Source: Eledone cirrhosa (lineage: Eukaryota). From it: a DNA stretch of 64,000 nt. The notes under the pieces are model-generated. The model saw only the letters and a list, made by a program, of their open reading frames with translations. It did not search any database and was not told the origin of the DNA. The position numbers and the translations under genes are program-made. The first letter of the stretch is position 1, and each line of letters opens with the position of its first letter. Shown one piece after another: positions 1-12,241 of this stretch. The DNA is taken from the NCBI GenBank assembly GCA_964016885.1, contig OZ024752.1, positions 6,758,001 to 6,822,000 of the forward strand, in the 5' to 3' direction.

Positions 1-147
1 TCAGTAAGTTACACTTACAACATAGGTAGTGCAATACACCTTATATTTTTAATTGAGTTTTTATAGGCCCATGCTGGGTTTTCACATTTTGTGGAAAAAC
101 ATGCGTCTTATGTATGTGGACGGAGGGATATATATATATATATATAT

Positions 148-244
148 GATAAGCGACATCACACACTTACACCTCTCCAAGACAATGTCACTGGACCGAG
201 ACCTTTGGCGGTACTCAGTAACAGAGAAGACTCGCCTTACCTAA
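148..244 (+). mobile_element. Short 3' relic of RTE-clade LINE
   Basis: Translates ...MSLDRDLWRYSVTEKTRLT*, similar to the RTE C-terminus at 8030-8100 (MTKDRD..KWRDAVLNRTRPT). Confidence 0.5.
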
Positions 245-359
245 ATATATAGTAAAACCTACTCCAGCCAGTAGGCATCTCTAACAAAATACACCCCGTC
301 CCACCACCACCACCCCCACCCGATCCACACCACCCCCACCCGATCCACACCACCCCGTT

Positions 360-663
360 CTATGTAAAGTTATGTTGGTGCCGCGCCATCGAGGCCGAAA
401 CAAATGAGATCGTGTAGGTGTCACGACAAAAAAACACACAGTCCACGCTGTAATGTGGCCGTGTAGGCAACACGGTAAAAACCTCCCAGACCCACACTGT
501 AAATGTGGTTGGTGTTAGGAAGGGCATCCAACTGTAGAAAACCTGCCAGACAGTCCTATGCGAGCAAGACAATCACTCTTGCCTCAAGTGGGACTACCCC
601 CGTCCAAACCCATGCAAGCGTGGAACACGGACGTTAAACGTTGATGATGATGATGATGATGAT
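360..663 (+). mobile_element. RTE-tailed SINE (family A) with (GAT)n tail
   Basis: Core CACACTGTAAATGTGGTTGGTGTTAGGAAGGGCATCCA, then 3' end ACCCATGCAAGCGTGGAACACGGACGTTAAAC and (GAT)n. Near-identical antisense copy at 11004-11530. Confidence 0.8.
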
Positions 664-689
664 ATATATTATCATTATTTCATCATTCA

Positions 690-1013
690 TTTCATTTGAC
701 GTCCGCCTCTCCCTGCTTGCAAGGATGGGACGGGAACTGATTCTGGCTTGATTTCTACAGCTGGATGCCCTTCCTAACACCAACCTCATTTACAGTGAGT
801 GCTGGGTGCTTTTTTGCCGTGGCACCTCCACGACCACTTTACAGTGGAATGATAGGGACCCCAGTCCCTATCATCTCATTTCTATAGCTGAGTAAACTGG
901 AGCAATGTGAAATAAAGCGTCTTGCTCAAGGAAACAACACATCACCCGGTCTGAGGATTGAACTCACAACCTTTCGATTGCAAGCCCAATGCTCTAACCA
1001 CTAAGCCATGTGC

Positions 1014-1014
<1 letters not shown>
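690..1014 (-). mobile_element. Full-length tRNA-derived SINE with CORE-like domain and RTE-type tail
   Basis: Minus strand: A box TGGCTTAGTGG, B box GAGTTCAATCC, CORE-like CCTTGAGCAAGACGCTTTATTTCAC, then the family-A tail. Very similar to 50261-50595. Confidence 0.85.

Positions 1015-1019
<5 letters not shown>

Positions 1020-1093
<74 letters not shown>
1020..1093. repeat. (TA)n microsatellite
   Basis: Direct reading. Confidence 0.95.
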
Positions 1094-1099
<6 letters not shown>

Positions 1100-1315
1100 G
1101 TCAATGGCTCTGGCTAAGTCTTGACTGGGTCTCTCATGACTAGGTCCCTCAAGACTGTGTCTGTCAAGACTGGGTCTCTTACTACCTATCCAACCCTCGC
1201 TAGCAGAGAAAGTAGATAATATACGATGACGAATTACCGATTGTTAACAACAGACTAAAATATTGCAACACATTTTTGAAACCTCCATTATACATGGTTA
1301 TTTCACCTATATATG

Positions 1316-1348
<33 letters not shown>

Positions 1349-2000
1349 TATATATTATATAATAGCTTGGCATGGTATGCATCACTGATCACCAGAAGTT
1401 CAAATCAATATGTACAAGAGCAATTTATTAATGAACAATATACAATCAATATTGGATAAGATTTTGCTTTGTTATTTTTTTAAATAAATAAATAATTTTT
1501 AATAAGATAAGTACTAATAATCCAATAAGTTTTAATTTCAAGCTAAGAAAATTGATATTAATTTTTTATAATGCCAAGTTGTTGATAACAATGAATGGAA
1601 AGTTGTTTGCTTTATGAAAATTGCACACGATACATAACATATCTTCATTATAAAATCTAAATAAATATACTATATTGAATTGTTTTAACATATTACAGTT
1701 CACATTTTAAAAAACTTTAAATGTCAGATAATTCATTTGTTTTATAATGTTACATATTTTAGGAATTCACTTTTAACATTGTTTTTCGTGAAACTCATCA
1801 TAAAATTCACTTTGTAATATTAAAGCAATTATTTAGTTTGTTTTACTCTAAATCTAGCTAAAACACTTTTTTCCTTCCAATGTAAATTGCAAATATTACA
1901 TTTCCCAATATTTGTATATTGGCAACAAAGGTTTCTTTCTACGAAGAAAAGGCTGGCTTTATGATGCCTGAGTGTAATGTGCAGTGAACATTATTTCAAA

Positions 2001-2181
2001 TTGGCAGTATCAGTAGAGGGTCGGACGCCATGCTTCCCAGCATAGTTACGTCCCTTTACGGTCTGAGTTCAAATCCCGCCAAGGTGAACTTTGCCTTTCA
2101 TCCTTACGGGGTAGATAAAAAAAAGTATCAGTAATGCACTGGATAATTGCTGGCCTTGTGCCAAAAGTAGAAACAATTATT
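2001..2181 (+). mobile_element. tRNA-derived SINE family B (Meta-domain-like centre)
   Basis: TGGCAGTATCAGTAGAG...GAGTTCAAATCCC (B box)...AACTTTGCCTTTCATCCTTACGGGGT.GATAAA...GGCCTTGTGCCAAAAGTAGAAACAATTATT. Ten or more copies in the window. Domain name assigned from memory. Confidence 0.8.
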
Positions 2182-2265
2182 TCAAATATTAAAGTTCTAT
2201 GTTCTAATCATGTCAGGTTCATCAATTTATGTAGTGGCTATCATCATCATTTCAATAGGAGTTCA

Positions 2266-3596
2266 TCTTTAGCATTTAAACCAGCCGTATCCGGCTAGAA
2301 TTCTCTCACCTCTTTCTGTTCAAACTGGCCATAACTGGCTGCTCATACTGATGTTAAGGTATTGTTCTCAAAATAAATAATATCAAAATCTCATAGATTT
2401 GATATTATGTGAGATAAAGCCTTTATCACGAAGATACAATAGTAAATATAGAGTAATGTAAATGTTATGTGAGATATTATGTGAGGTAAAGCCTTTACTG
2501 TGAAAATACAATAGTAAATATAGAGTAATGTAAATGTTATGAGATATTATGTGAGATAAAGCCTTTATCACGAAGATACAATAGTAAATATAGAGTAATG
2601 TAAATGTTATGAGATATTATGTGAGATAAAGCCTTTATCACGAAGATACAATAGTAAATATAGAGTAATGTAAATGTTATGAGATATTATGTGAGATAAA
2701 GCCTTTATCACGAAGATACAATAGTAAATATAGAGTAATGTAAATGTTATGTGAGATATTATGTGAGGTAAAGCCTTTACTGTGAAAATACAATAGTAAA
2801 TATAGAGTAATGTAAATGTTATGAGATATTATGTGAGATAAAGCCTTTATCACGAAGATACAATAGTAAATATAGAGTAATGTAAATGTTATGAGATATT
2901 ATGTGAGATAAAGCCTTTATCACGAAGATACAATAGTAAATATAGAGTAATGTAAATGTTATGAGATATTATGTGAGATAAAGCCTTTATCACGAAGATA
3001 CAATAGTAAATATAGAGTAATGTAAATGTTATGAGATATTATGTGAGATAAAGCCTTTATCACGAAGATACAATAGTAAATATAGAGTAATGTAAATGAT
3101 ATGAGATATTATGTGAGATAAAGCCTTTATCACGAAGATACAATAGTAAATATAGAGTAATGTAAATGTTATGAGATATTATGTGAGATAAAGCCTTTAT
3201 CACGAAGATACAATAGTAAATATAGAGTAATGTAAATGTTATGAGATATTATGTGAGATAAAGCCTTTATCACGAAGATACAATAGTAAATATAGAGTAA
3301 TGTAAATGATATGAGATATTATGTGAGATAAAGCCTTTATCACGAAGATACAATAGTAAATATAGAGTAATGTAAATGATATGAGATATTATGTGAGATA
3401 AAGCCTTTATCACGAAGATACAATAGTAAATATAGAGTAATGTAAATGATATGAGATATTATGTGAGATAAAGCCTTTATCACGAAGATACAATAGTAAA
3501 TATAGAGTAATGTAAATGTTATGAGATATTATGTGAGATAAAGCCTTTATCACGAAGATACAATAGTAAATATAGAGTAATGTAAATGATAAAGGG
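2266..3596 (+). mobile_element. TTAA (piggyBac-type) MITE family M1 carrying about 17 tandem 70-72-bp units
   Basis: Left end TCTTTAGCATTTAAA, right end TAAATGATAAAGGG followed by TTAA (3597-3600). Body matches the unexpanded copy at 5883-6090. Confidence 0.85.
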
Positions 3597-3884
3597 TTAA
3601 ATGTTAACTCTAGATGACAGCTGTAAAAGCCAAAAATAAGTGTAAAAATACACACACATGTACACCAGGTCTGAACACAGAGGAACCAAACTTGCACTGT
3701 CATCACCTCCGTCTCTTGCTATTGAGGTCCCACACGCTGGCCACCCCACGGCCCCGGTGGTTGTGTTGATAAAAATACTTAATTTCATGTTGTTTTAATC
3801 TATTCAGCTAAACATTAGTACCAACTGTAGCAGGGAGTTAACCCTGCAATGGACTGGCATCAAACAAAACTTTATGTAGGAATA

Positions 3885-4320
3885 TTTATTACGTTCCAAA
3901 CATCAGCTTACATTGACAAAACTGCCTGAAACTGTCCGTAGTTCTACAATTCTAAAAAAGAAACTGTTTTAAAGTGTTTAGATTTATTGAAAACCCCTTT
4001 TCATAATTTTATATAAGAACTTGCTCCAAACACCAGCTTAATAATGTGAAAGTGGGTTATTTTACTAAATTCTTCCAAATTCTTGATTATTTTCAAATTT
4101 ATTTGAAAAACATAGGCAATGTTTTTCAAACAAAATATGCTAAAAAAAAAGGCTAAAATGTTTTATATTTATCTAAAAGCCTTCCATCATAAATTTTTGT
4201 CAGAACCTTTGTTAAATTACATTTCAAACACCAGCATAATAATGAAAATGTTAATTATTTTACTAAATTCTTTATTATTTCCAAAATTATTTGAAAATCA
4301 TAAGCAGTGTTTTCATTAGG
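3885..4320 (+). mobile_element. Tandem degenerate fragments of a second MITE-like family (M2)
   Basis: Repeated motif CCAAACACCAGCTTAATAATG...TTACTAAATTC, also seen at 4945-5170. Confidence 0.55.
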
Positions 4321-4502
4321 TGGTATGGTAGGGTCCCAGAACTCCTGATGGAGTTGGAGGGGCACTGTAGTGGCATACAGAATTTCTTGGGTATTTTAAG
4401 GATGGCAGAGCCCATCTCTCTCCAGGTCTGAATACAGCAAATTTCTTCCAGAGAAGGACAGAAAATGAGAGAGAAGAAGCGAGAAAGAGATATAGAGGAA
4501 GA

Positions 4503-4652
4503 ATCAACCCCAGTACTAGACTGGTATTTTTTTATCGACCTCGAAAGGATGAAAGACAAAGTTAACCTCGGCAGGATTTAAACTCAGAGAACCGGAAAGA
4601 ATGTTGCAAAGCATTCTATCTGATGTTCTAACAACTCTACCAATTTGCCACC
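4503..4652 (-). mobile_element. SINE family B, long variant, degenerate
   Basis: ATCGACCTCGAAAGGATGAAAGACAAAGTTAACCTCGGCAGGATTTAAACTCAG is the reverse complement of the family-B centre. Confidence 0.65.
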
Positions 4653-4945
4653 TTTTGTTTTCATTAGAAATATGGCAATGAATGTGTTAAAGGACATTTA
4701 TAAAAATATTCCATTGTAAATGATGAGAGACCAGTGAATAAAATTTATAACTGAATAACTTTCTATAATTGGTGTCAGTTTGTTTTTCACAAGGCTAGAC
4801 ACTAAATCAATCTTGTGCAATTTATCCAACAGTGAAATAGGATAAGGAAAAGAAAGAATATCCCATTGGTAAAGTGCCAAAGAAACTTTAAGACAGTTTG
4901 AAGTAGTGAGACAAATTATTTCCAATAACAGTTAGTAATTATTAC

Positions 4946-5170
4946 TTAAAACTTTTGATACCAAACTGCTTGAAACCACCCCTGCTTCTATGACACAAAG
5001 CTGTTTATTTTAAAGTCTATATACATTTAAAAACCTTACATCATAATTTTATATAAGAACCTTTGTTAAGTTATATTCCAAACACCAGCTTAATAATGAG
5101 AAAGTTAGTTATATTACTAAATTTCACTAAAATTCTTGATTATTTTCAAAATGATTTGAAAGTCATAGGA
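4946..5170 (+). mobile_element. MITE family M2 copy
   Basis: TTAAAACTTTTGATACCAAACTGCTTGAAACC... shares its body with 3885-4320, 5610-5805 (antisense) and the terminus at 31455-31480. Confidence 0.55.
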
Positions 5171-5502
5171 AAGTGGACATCAAAATGATGGTGATGATGA
5201 TGGTGATGGTTACAAACTGTAAACAAGCACCTTAGGAATCTGGGTGTTTCTTTGTTTATACATTTTAATCATAGTAACTATAATGTCTGCTGTATATTTT
5301 TTATGCCCAAGGGGGACATTTACATATATATATATATGTGTCTTTTTTTTTTCCTGTAGCCAAATAATTTGGTGGAATGTGTGAATATGTTAATTTACTG
5401 GAGGGCAGAAGACTGTACTTAGCAACAGCACAACTGCTTCCTCCTGCACTGGAGTCAAAACAAATTTAGAAATGTGGATTTACAAAACATTTGTAAGTAT
5501 GG

Positions 5503-5595
5503 ACAAATGGTTAAGAAGTTTGCTTTGCAATCACAAGGTCTTGGGTTTGATCTCACAAAATGGCATCTTGAGCAAGTGACTCACTATAGCCATGA
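5503..5595 (+). mobile_element. Degenerate tRNA-SINE head
   Basis: TGGTTAAGAAGTTTGCTTTGCAATCAC...GGGTTTGATCTCAC...CTTGAGCAAGTG. Confidence 0.55.
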
Positions 5596-5609
5596 AATAC
5601 ACTCTATTT

Positions 5610-5805
5610 TAATTAATTAATGAAGAATTTTGAGGGATTTACTAAAATGATTAGTTATTTCATTACTAAGATAGTAACTTAATGTAAGGTTCTTATATAA
5701 AGTTATGTTGGAAGATTTTAATTTAAATTGTAAACCTTTAAAATGGGTGATTTTTATTTCATAGAACCAGAACTGGTTTGGGCCGGGTTGGTAACTAAAT
5801 GGTGA
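5610..5805 (-). mobile_element. MITE family M2 copy (antisense)
   Basis: Reverse complement resembles 4946-5170 (TTATATAAGAACCTT, GTTACCAACCC.GCC). Confidence 0.5.
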
Positions 5806-5882
5806 TTCTTTTGTGAAATAGTATAGTTTTATTTTTTATGAGAAAATATGTATGTATATATTCTTTCTATTATCAAATTTAA

Positions 5883-6090
5883 CCTTTTAGCGTTTAAACT
5901 GGACACATCCGACCAGAATTCTCTCACCTCATTCTGTTCAAACTGGCTGTAATTGGCTGCTCATACTTGTGTTAAGGTATTGTTCTCAAATTAAATAATA
6001 TCAAAATTTCATAGATTTGATATTATGTGAGATAAAGTGTTTACCATGAAAATATAATAGTAAATATAGAATAATATAAATACTAAAGGT
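5883..6090 (+). mobile_element. MITE M1, single-unit (unexpanded) 208-bp copy with TTAA TSD
   Basis: TTAA|CCTTTTAGCGTTTA...TAAATACTAAAGGT|TTAA. Confidence 0.85.
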
Positions 6091-6292
6091 TTAAGTTTTC
6101 TTTATAAGTCTAAATAATATTTGTGATTTACATCATGGAAAAATATTTTTTCTGAAGAATGAAGGTTTTAACAAGGCTCCACCAATTAATTGGCTGATAA
6201 TCAGCAGGTATAAGCTGGTTTTGTCAATTAATTGGTTTTCATAATTGGCCATTATTGTTTTTTTTAATATAATTATTGATAGATATGTAAGA

Positions 6293-6560
6293 TTTAGTGG
6301 TAAGAGTGTTGGACTTATGATCATAATGTTGTGAGTTCGATTCCTGGGCTGTGTTGTAATCTTGTGCAAAACACTTTATTTCATGTTGCTCCAGTATACT
6401 CAGCTGAAAATGAGTACCAGCAATATCTGGGGAATTTAACCCTGCGATAGACTGCTATCCTATCCAGGAGGGGAGTGATGTACTCTCAGCTGCTTAACAC
6501 CACAGAAACTGGAATAAGGCCCAGCCTGATGAGGCTCCAGGCTTGAGTCAGACTTTAGAT
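6293..6560 (+). mobile_element. tRNA-derived SINE family C
   Basis: TTAGTGGTAAGAGTG, GAGTTCGATTCC, CACTTTATTTCATGTTGCTCCAG, AACCCTGCGATAGACTG. Similar to 13385-13600 and 61652-61820. Confidence 0.75.
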
Positions 6561-7228
6561 GTATGTTAGGGCAAGAAAACCATGGGTGACAGAGAAATTC
6601 AGAAAAACATGTTGGATTCAACATGTAGAAATACATAGGAAACATGTTATTTTCTAGGCCAAACATTTCAAGCCTCCCAGTGTAATATAACCCTACCTTT
6701 ACTGCTTCAATGCATGGATCTACACAACTGGAAATTACTTGAGGCTACTCAGGGGGCATTAACTCCCTGTAGGCGAAAGAGTGACAAAGTGGAAGAGAGA
6801 CCCTACAACCCAACAGAGACGATATGTGTTTAATTGACGTTTTAAAAATGAATTAATTATGATTAATTATGAAATATCTTTATAGAAAAACACAAGTGTC
6901 ATATATCAACCACTTTGTGCAAACTTTGACAGGTAAATAGTAATTTCATATCTTCCTCCCTACCTCTCTCTTTCTCTCATACAATGTTGACAAAATGTTC
7001 AGTAGTCCAGCAGCAGTTACCTATAGCTACTTACCTCTGTATCTTCAGAAAATAAATACATCTATCTATCTAATTTATCTATCTATCTACCTTCCTGTCT
7101 GTCTATCTACCTCCTTACTTCTCTATCTGTTTACCTATCTGTCAATCTATAGTTATCTATTTATGTATTTTTTTATCTATCTTCGGACAAGAGCAATAAT
7201 AACAACAACAAAGCCCAAAGCAATATGA

Positions 7229-7259
<31 letters not shown>

Positions 7260-7340
7260 TCAAAGTCTCTGTAATTTAGTGAATATATATGTGATAATGT
7301 TTAAAGAAAATATGGAAGAATATTACTGTAATTGATTTAA

Positions 7341-7446
7341 CCTTCAGCACGCTGAACTTTTTAATGTATTGCTTCCCTTAACACTGTATTATGTATTAAG
7401 GGGAGACTACTATTGGTGACATAATGTGTCTAGAGTGCCCAGAAGG
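7341..7446. mobile_element. Small TTAA-flanked MITE candidate
   Basis: TTAA|CCTTCAGCAC...GTGCCCAGAAGG|TTAA with an internal inverted repeat CCCTTAA...TTAAGGG. Confidence 0.5.
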
Positions 7447-7589
7447 TTAAATGAATGTAAAAATTAAAAATAGCAATGACTGGCGTGACAAGAGAGAAAA
7501 GGTCAAGGACTATATTGAAGATTCAAACATTGTTATATTGAATATTGTAAGGAATTATTAAATTAAATATTTAAAAACTATAAAACCCG

Positions 7590-8145
7590 AGGCTATAATT
7601 TCCAGAATAAGGACGGGTTGGAAGAAGTTTAGGGAGCTGCTTCCTCTGTTGACAAAGAAGGGTTTCTCCCTATGAACGAAAGGCTGGTTATATGATGCCT
7701 GTGTGAGATGCGCGATGCTTCATAGTGGTGAGACATGGGCAGCAATTGTAGAGGATATGCGATGGCTGGAGAGAAATGAAGCAAGCATGCTCCGTAGGAT
7801 GTGCAATGTTAATGTGCGTGAGAGAGAAACTGGATATAAGAGGGATAAGTTGTGGTGTGCATGAAAGAAGACTGCGTTGGTACGAACATGTGATGCGCAT
7901 GGAGGATGACCTCTGGGTGAAGAAGTGCCAGGTAATCCCAGTGGAAGGAAGACACAGTAGAGGAAGACCATGAAAAACATGGGCGGAGGTGGTGAGAGCT
8001 GATCTCAGATTGCTGAAACTCACTGAGGAGATGACAAAGGACCGTGACAACCGTGACAAGTGGAGAGATGCTGTGCTGAATAGGACCCGCCCCACCCTTG
8101 CAAGCAGGAAAAAGCAGACGTAAAATGATGATGATGATGATGATG
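7590..8145 (+). pseudogene. 5'-truncated RTE-clade LINE (post-RT C-terminal region and (GAT)n tail)
   Basis: Disrupted translation RIRTGWKKFRELLPLL..LYDACVRCAMLHSGETWA..LERNEASMLRRMC..RRLRWYEHVMRM..RGRP*KTWAEVV..DRDKWR, typical of RTE ORF C-termini. Contains stops and frameshifts. Confidence 0.9.
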
Positions 8146-8544
8146 AGGAGGAAAACCCATCATTTTTTATGGGTACAATGCTAGTTATAATAATAATAAT
8201 TAAAATTAATTATAATACCGTTTCATCATAATAGATAATTATATTATAAATAATTATATTATAGATAATAATAATTAGATGATTTATTAGTTTTGGCTGT
8301 TAAGGCAAGGCTGATTTAAGAGTTGTCAGTGCCACCCCAGTTACAATCCCTTCATTACAGGTGTTGATGAACTTATTATCTACCGACCACCTGGGCCATA
8401 TTAATTCATGGCTGGGACCCCCAGGATTTCAGAAATGTCGAGCTCCACCCCTGACACTTCAATCTATCACCCCACTACAGTAAAACTATAGATGATCCCC
8501 TAGTTCCTATGGTACCCCTAGACTTCAGCCTAGTCAGCCTTACG

Positions 8545-8726
8545 AATAATTGTTTCTATTTCGGCACAAGGCCGGCAATTACCCCAGTGTATTACTGGTA
8601 CACTATTTTATCGACCCTGTAAGGATGAAAGACAAAGCTAACCGCGGCAGGATTTGAACTCAGAATGTAAAGGGCCATAACTCTATGCTGCAAAGCATGG
8701 CATCTGATGCTCTACCGATACTGCTA
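8545..8726 (-). mobile_element. SINE family B
   Basis: Reverse complement of the 2001-2181 consensus. Confidence 0.8.
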
Positions 8727-8790
8727 AATGGCCTTGCCACCCCAAACACTTGACAGCCATGTGTGTATGCATGTCATTATCATCTGGTGG

Positions 8791-8973
8791 TTTGGCAGTA
8801 TCAGTAGAGGGTGGGACAACATGCTTTGTAGCACAGAGTTACGGCCCTTTACGCCCCGAGTTCAAATCCTGCTGAGGTTAACTTTACCTTTCATCCTTAC
8901 GGGGGTCGATAAAATAAAGTACCAGTAATGCACTGGGGTAATTGCTGGCCTTGTGCCCAAAGTAGAAACAATT
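8791..8973 (+). mobile_element. SINE family B
   Basis: Matches 2001-2181. Head-to-head with 8545-8726. Confidence 0.8.
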
Positions 8974-9135
8974 ATCATCATCATCGTTTAACGTCCATCT
9001 TCCATGCTAGCATGGGTTAGACAGGTTGTCCCATTTGAGGTAAGTTGAGTCAGGTGACCATGTTTTATACATACAGGACTGTTTCTGGGTGGGTTTCTAC
9101 AGCTGGATGCCCTTCCTAGAGCCAACCACCTTTAC
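8974..9135 (-). mobile_element. SINE family A 3' fragment
   Basis: (CAT)n-CGTTTAACGTCCATCTTCCATGCTAGCATGGGTT...CTACAGCTGGATGCCCTTCCT. Confidence 0.8.
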
Positions 9136-9249
9136 ATGTCAGTATATATATGTAAATGTGAGGGGGGGGGTATGTTTGGTTGTGCGGGTGTCAATGTGAG
9201 TGTGCATGAATGTGCAAGTGTGAATATCTATGTGCATATGTGAATACAG

Positions 9250-9665
9250 ATGTGTGTGTGTGTGTGTGTATGAGTGTGTGTGTGTATGCATGTGTTTGTG
9301 TGCATGTGTGTGTGTGTATCAATGTATGTGCGAATGCTATGTGGTAGGTTTCATATAGGTGTGTGTGTGTGTATATGTAGTTTCATTATACATATAAGTA
9401 TGTATGTGTGTGTATGTATGTGTGACTGTGTGTATGTTTGTAGTTTGATTATAAATATAGGTAGAAACAATTATAAATATAGGTGTGTGCGTGTCTGTGT
9501 GTGTGTATATATATATGTGTATATATGTAGGTTCACTATACATATAGGTGTGTGTATATATATATATATATGTGTGTATATATGTAGGTTCACTATACAT
9601 ATAGGTGTGTGTATATATATATATATATATATATGTGTATATATGTAGGTTCACTATACATACAG

Positions 9666-9717
<52 letters not shown>

Positions 9718-9744
9718 ATATATGTAGGTTCACTATACATATAG

Positions 9745-9797
<53 letters not shown>

Positions 9798-10223
9798 TCT
9801 ATATATATCTCTCTATATATATATATCTCTATATATATCTCTCTCTCTATATATATCTCTCTCTATATACATATCTCTCTCTCTATATATATATCTCTCT
9901 CTCTATATATATATCTCTCTCTCTATATATATATCTCTCTATATATATCTATCTCTCTCTCTATATATCTCTCTATATATATACCTGTCTCTCTCTCTCT
10001 ATATATATATCTATCTCTATATATATATATCTCTCTCTATATATATATATCTCTATATATATATATCTCTCTATATATATCTCTCTCTATATATCTCTCT
10101 CTATATATCTCTCTATATATATATATATCTCTCTCTATATATATATATATACCTGTCTCTCTCTCTCTATATATATATCTATCTCTATATATATATCTCT
10201 CTCTCTCTATATATATATATCTA

Positions 10224-10256
<33 letters not shown>

Positions 10257-11003
10257 CTTTCCAACCTTACAGTGTCTACTAACAGTACCGGAAATGGTAC
10301 TGCTACCAGTTAGTCTACTAAAGAATTGATAAACTGTTTAAATAACACCCGACTACCTACACTGCTTTACTAAACACTTGGGAACATATTAAACACATCA
10401 ACACGCACACATACACACATACACACATCAACACACACACACACAATCAACACACACATACAACACACATGCATCAACACACTCATACACACATCAACGC
10501 ACACGCACACACACACACACACACACATCAACACACACATATACACATCAACACACACACACCACACACACATCAACACACACACACAACACACACACAC
10601 TTTATTACAAGTGAAGTATCAGCTTGGATTTATGTTGGGTTAATAATACAAGATCTTACAATATATTAACTGCCTTTCATACACACGTGGAATATAGATA
10701 TAGGTGTGTGTGTGTGTAAATATACACACACGTATATAGATATAGGTGTGTGTGTGTGTAAATATACACACATATATAGATATAGGTGTGTGTGTGTGTA
10801 AATATACCCACACATATATAGATATAGGTGTGTGTGTGTGTAAATATACACACACATATATAGATATAGGTGTGTGTGTGTGTAAATATACACACACATA
10901 TATAGATATAGGTGTGTGTGTGTGTGTAAATATACACACACATATATAGATATAGGTGCGTGTGTGTGTAAATATACACATACATATATAGATATAGGTG
11001 TGT
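9250..11003. repeat. Compound (TG)/(TA)/(TC)/(CA) microsatellites and derived minisatellites
   Basis: Units such as GTAGGTTCACTATACATATAGGTGTG and AGATATAGGTGTGTGTGTGTAAATATACACACAC. Confidence 0.9.
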
Positions 11004-11530
11004 CATCATCATCATCATCGTTTAACGTCCATGTTCCATGCTTGCATGGGTTTGGACGGGAGTTTTCCCACTTGAGGCAAGAGTGGTTGTCTTGCTCGCA
11101 TAGGACTGTCTGGCGGGTTTTCTACAGCTGGATGCCCTTCCTAACACCAACCACATTTACAGTGTGGGGCTGGGAGGTTTTTACCATGTTGCCTACACGG
11201 CCACATTACAGCGTGGACTGTCTGGCAGGTTTTCTACAGCTGGATGCCCTTCTTAACACCAACCACATTTACAGTGTGGGGCTGGGAGGTTTTTACCGTG
11301 TTGCCTACACGGCCACATTACAGCGTGGACTGTCTGGCGGGTTTTCTACAGCTGGATGCCCTTCCTAACACCAACCACATTTACAGTGTGGGGCTGGGAG
11401 GTTTTTACCGTGTTGCCTACACGGCCACATTTACAGCGTGGACTGTGTGTTTTTTTTTTGTCGTGACACCTACACGATCTCATTTGTTTCGGCCTGGATG
11501 TTGTGGCACCGACATAACTTTACATTGAAA
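11004..11530 (-). mobile_element. SINE family A with an internal ~115-bp segment triplicated
   Basis: Three tandem copies of GGACTGTCTGGC.GGTTTTCTACAGCTGGATGCCC...CATTACAGCGT. Confidence 0.85.
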
Positions 11531-11786
11531 GGGGCGGTGTGGATCATCATCATTGTTTTACGTCTGTTCTTTCACGCTAGCATGGGTTAGACGGGTTGTT
11601 CTGTTGTGGGCAGTGTCCAGTTGGCTGACCTTGTCCTGCTCATACAGGATATATATATATATATATATATAGTAATAATAATAAATTTGAAGACTAGAAT
11701 CCAAAGAGGGCTAGATAAGGATAAATATATATCAGATATATAAGAACCGTAGAGCAAATATATATTATTTTAATAAATATATATAT

Positions 11787-11821
<35 letters not shown>

Positions 11822-12241
11822 CGGGTGCAGTGTCAACACTGGATGTCGGTGAGCATGTCCAGCTAACCTCAGTCTCCTCTGTGTCACTTTTCAGCTGACT
11901 TTTGGGAGGCTCCCATACAGCTCTGAGTTTTTCACCCTCAGTGTATACTGATTAATGTTCAGAGCCATCCTCAGCATTTTCGTGTAGCACCCATCCACCA
12001 TCTGAGTGAGTTTCTTGGTCAGTGTCCAAGTCTCAGACGCGTACAGCAGCACAAACTGGGAGCCCCTACATGGACACACTGGAAGAGAAAGACCAAGGTT
12101 AACGTATGTTGATGCCCTAAGGACAGACACTGGTCTGTTGGAGACGCAGGATATGGCAGCGATAATGAGAGACAGTGACCGCTGAAGAGAACACGTCCAT
12201 GGATCTCAGGAAATTTTACCCGCCCTAGAATAGAATAGAAT
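11822..12241 (+). pseudogene. RTE-like LINE 3' relic with inverted 5' part
   Basis: 11822-12052 on minus encodes VLLYASETWTLTKKLTQMVDGCYTKMLRMALNI..ELYGSLPKVS*KVTQRRLRLAGHAHRHP. 12055-12225 on plus continues WEPLHGHTGRERPRLTYVDALRTDTGL, followed by a (TAGAA)n tail. Confidence 0.85.

Noticed and set aside
3705-3862. Protein-like minus-strand frame LNRLKQHEIKYFYQHNHRGRGVASVWDLNSKRRR*
   Set aside because: The plus strand aligns with the family-C SINE body (ACTT.ATTTCATGTTG..TCAGCT..AGTACCA..AACCCTGC), so it is a decayed SINE.
6520-6560. CTGATGA as a hammerhead core (also at 13310 and 27040)
   Set aside because: There is no correctly placed helix II plus GAAA/UH, and two of these lie within a SINE or hAT MITE.
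6650-6835. Stop-free ~57-codon frame after TTTTCTAG
   Set aside because: No recognisable protein and no donor site; the length is compatible with chance.
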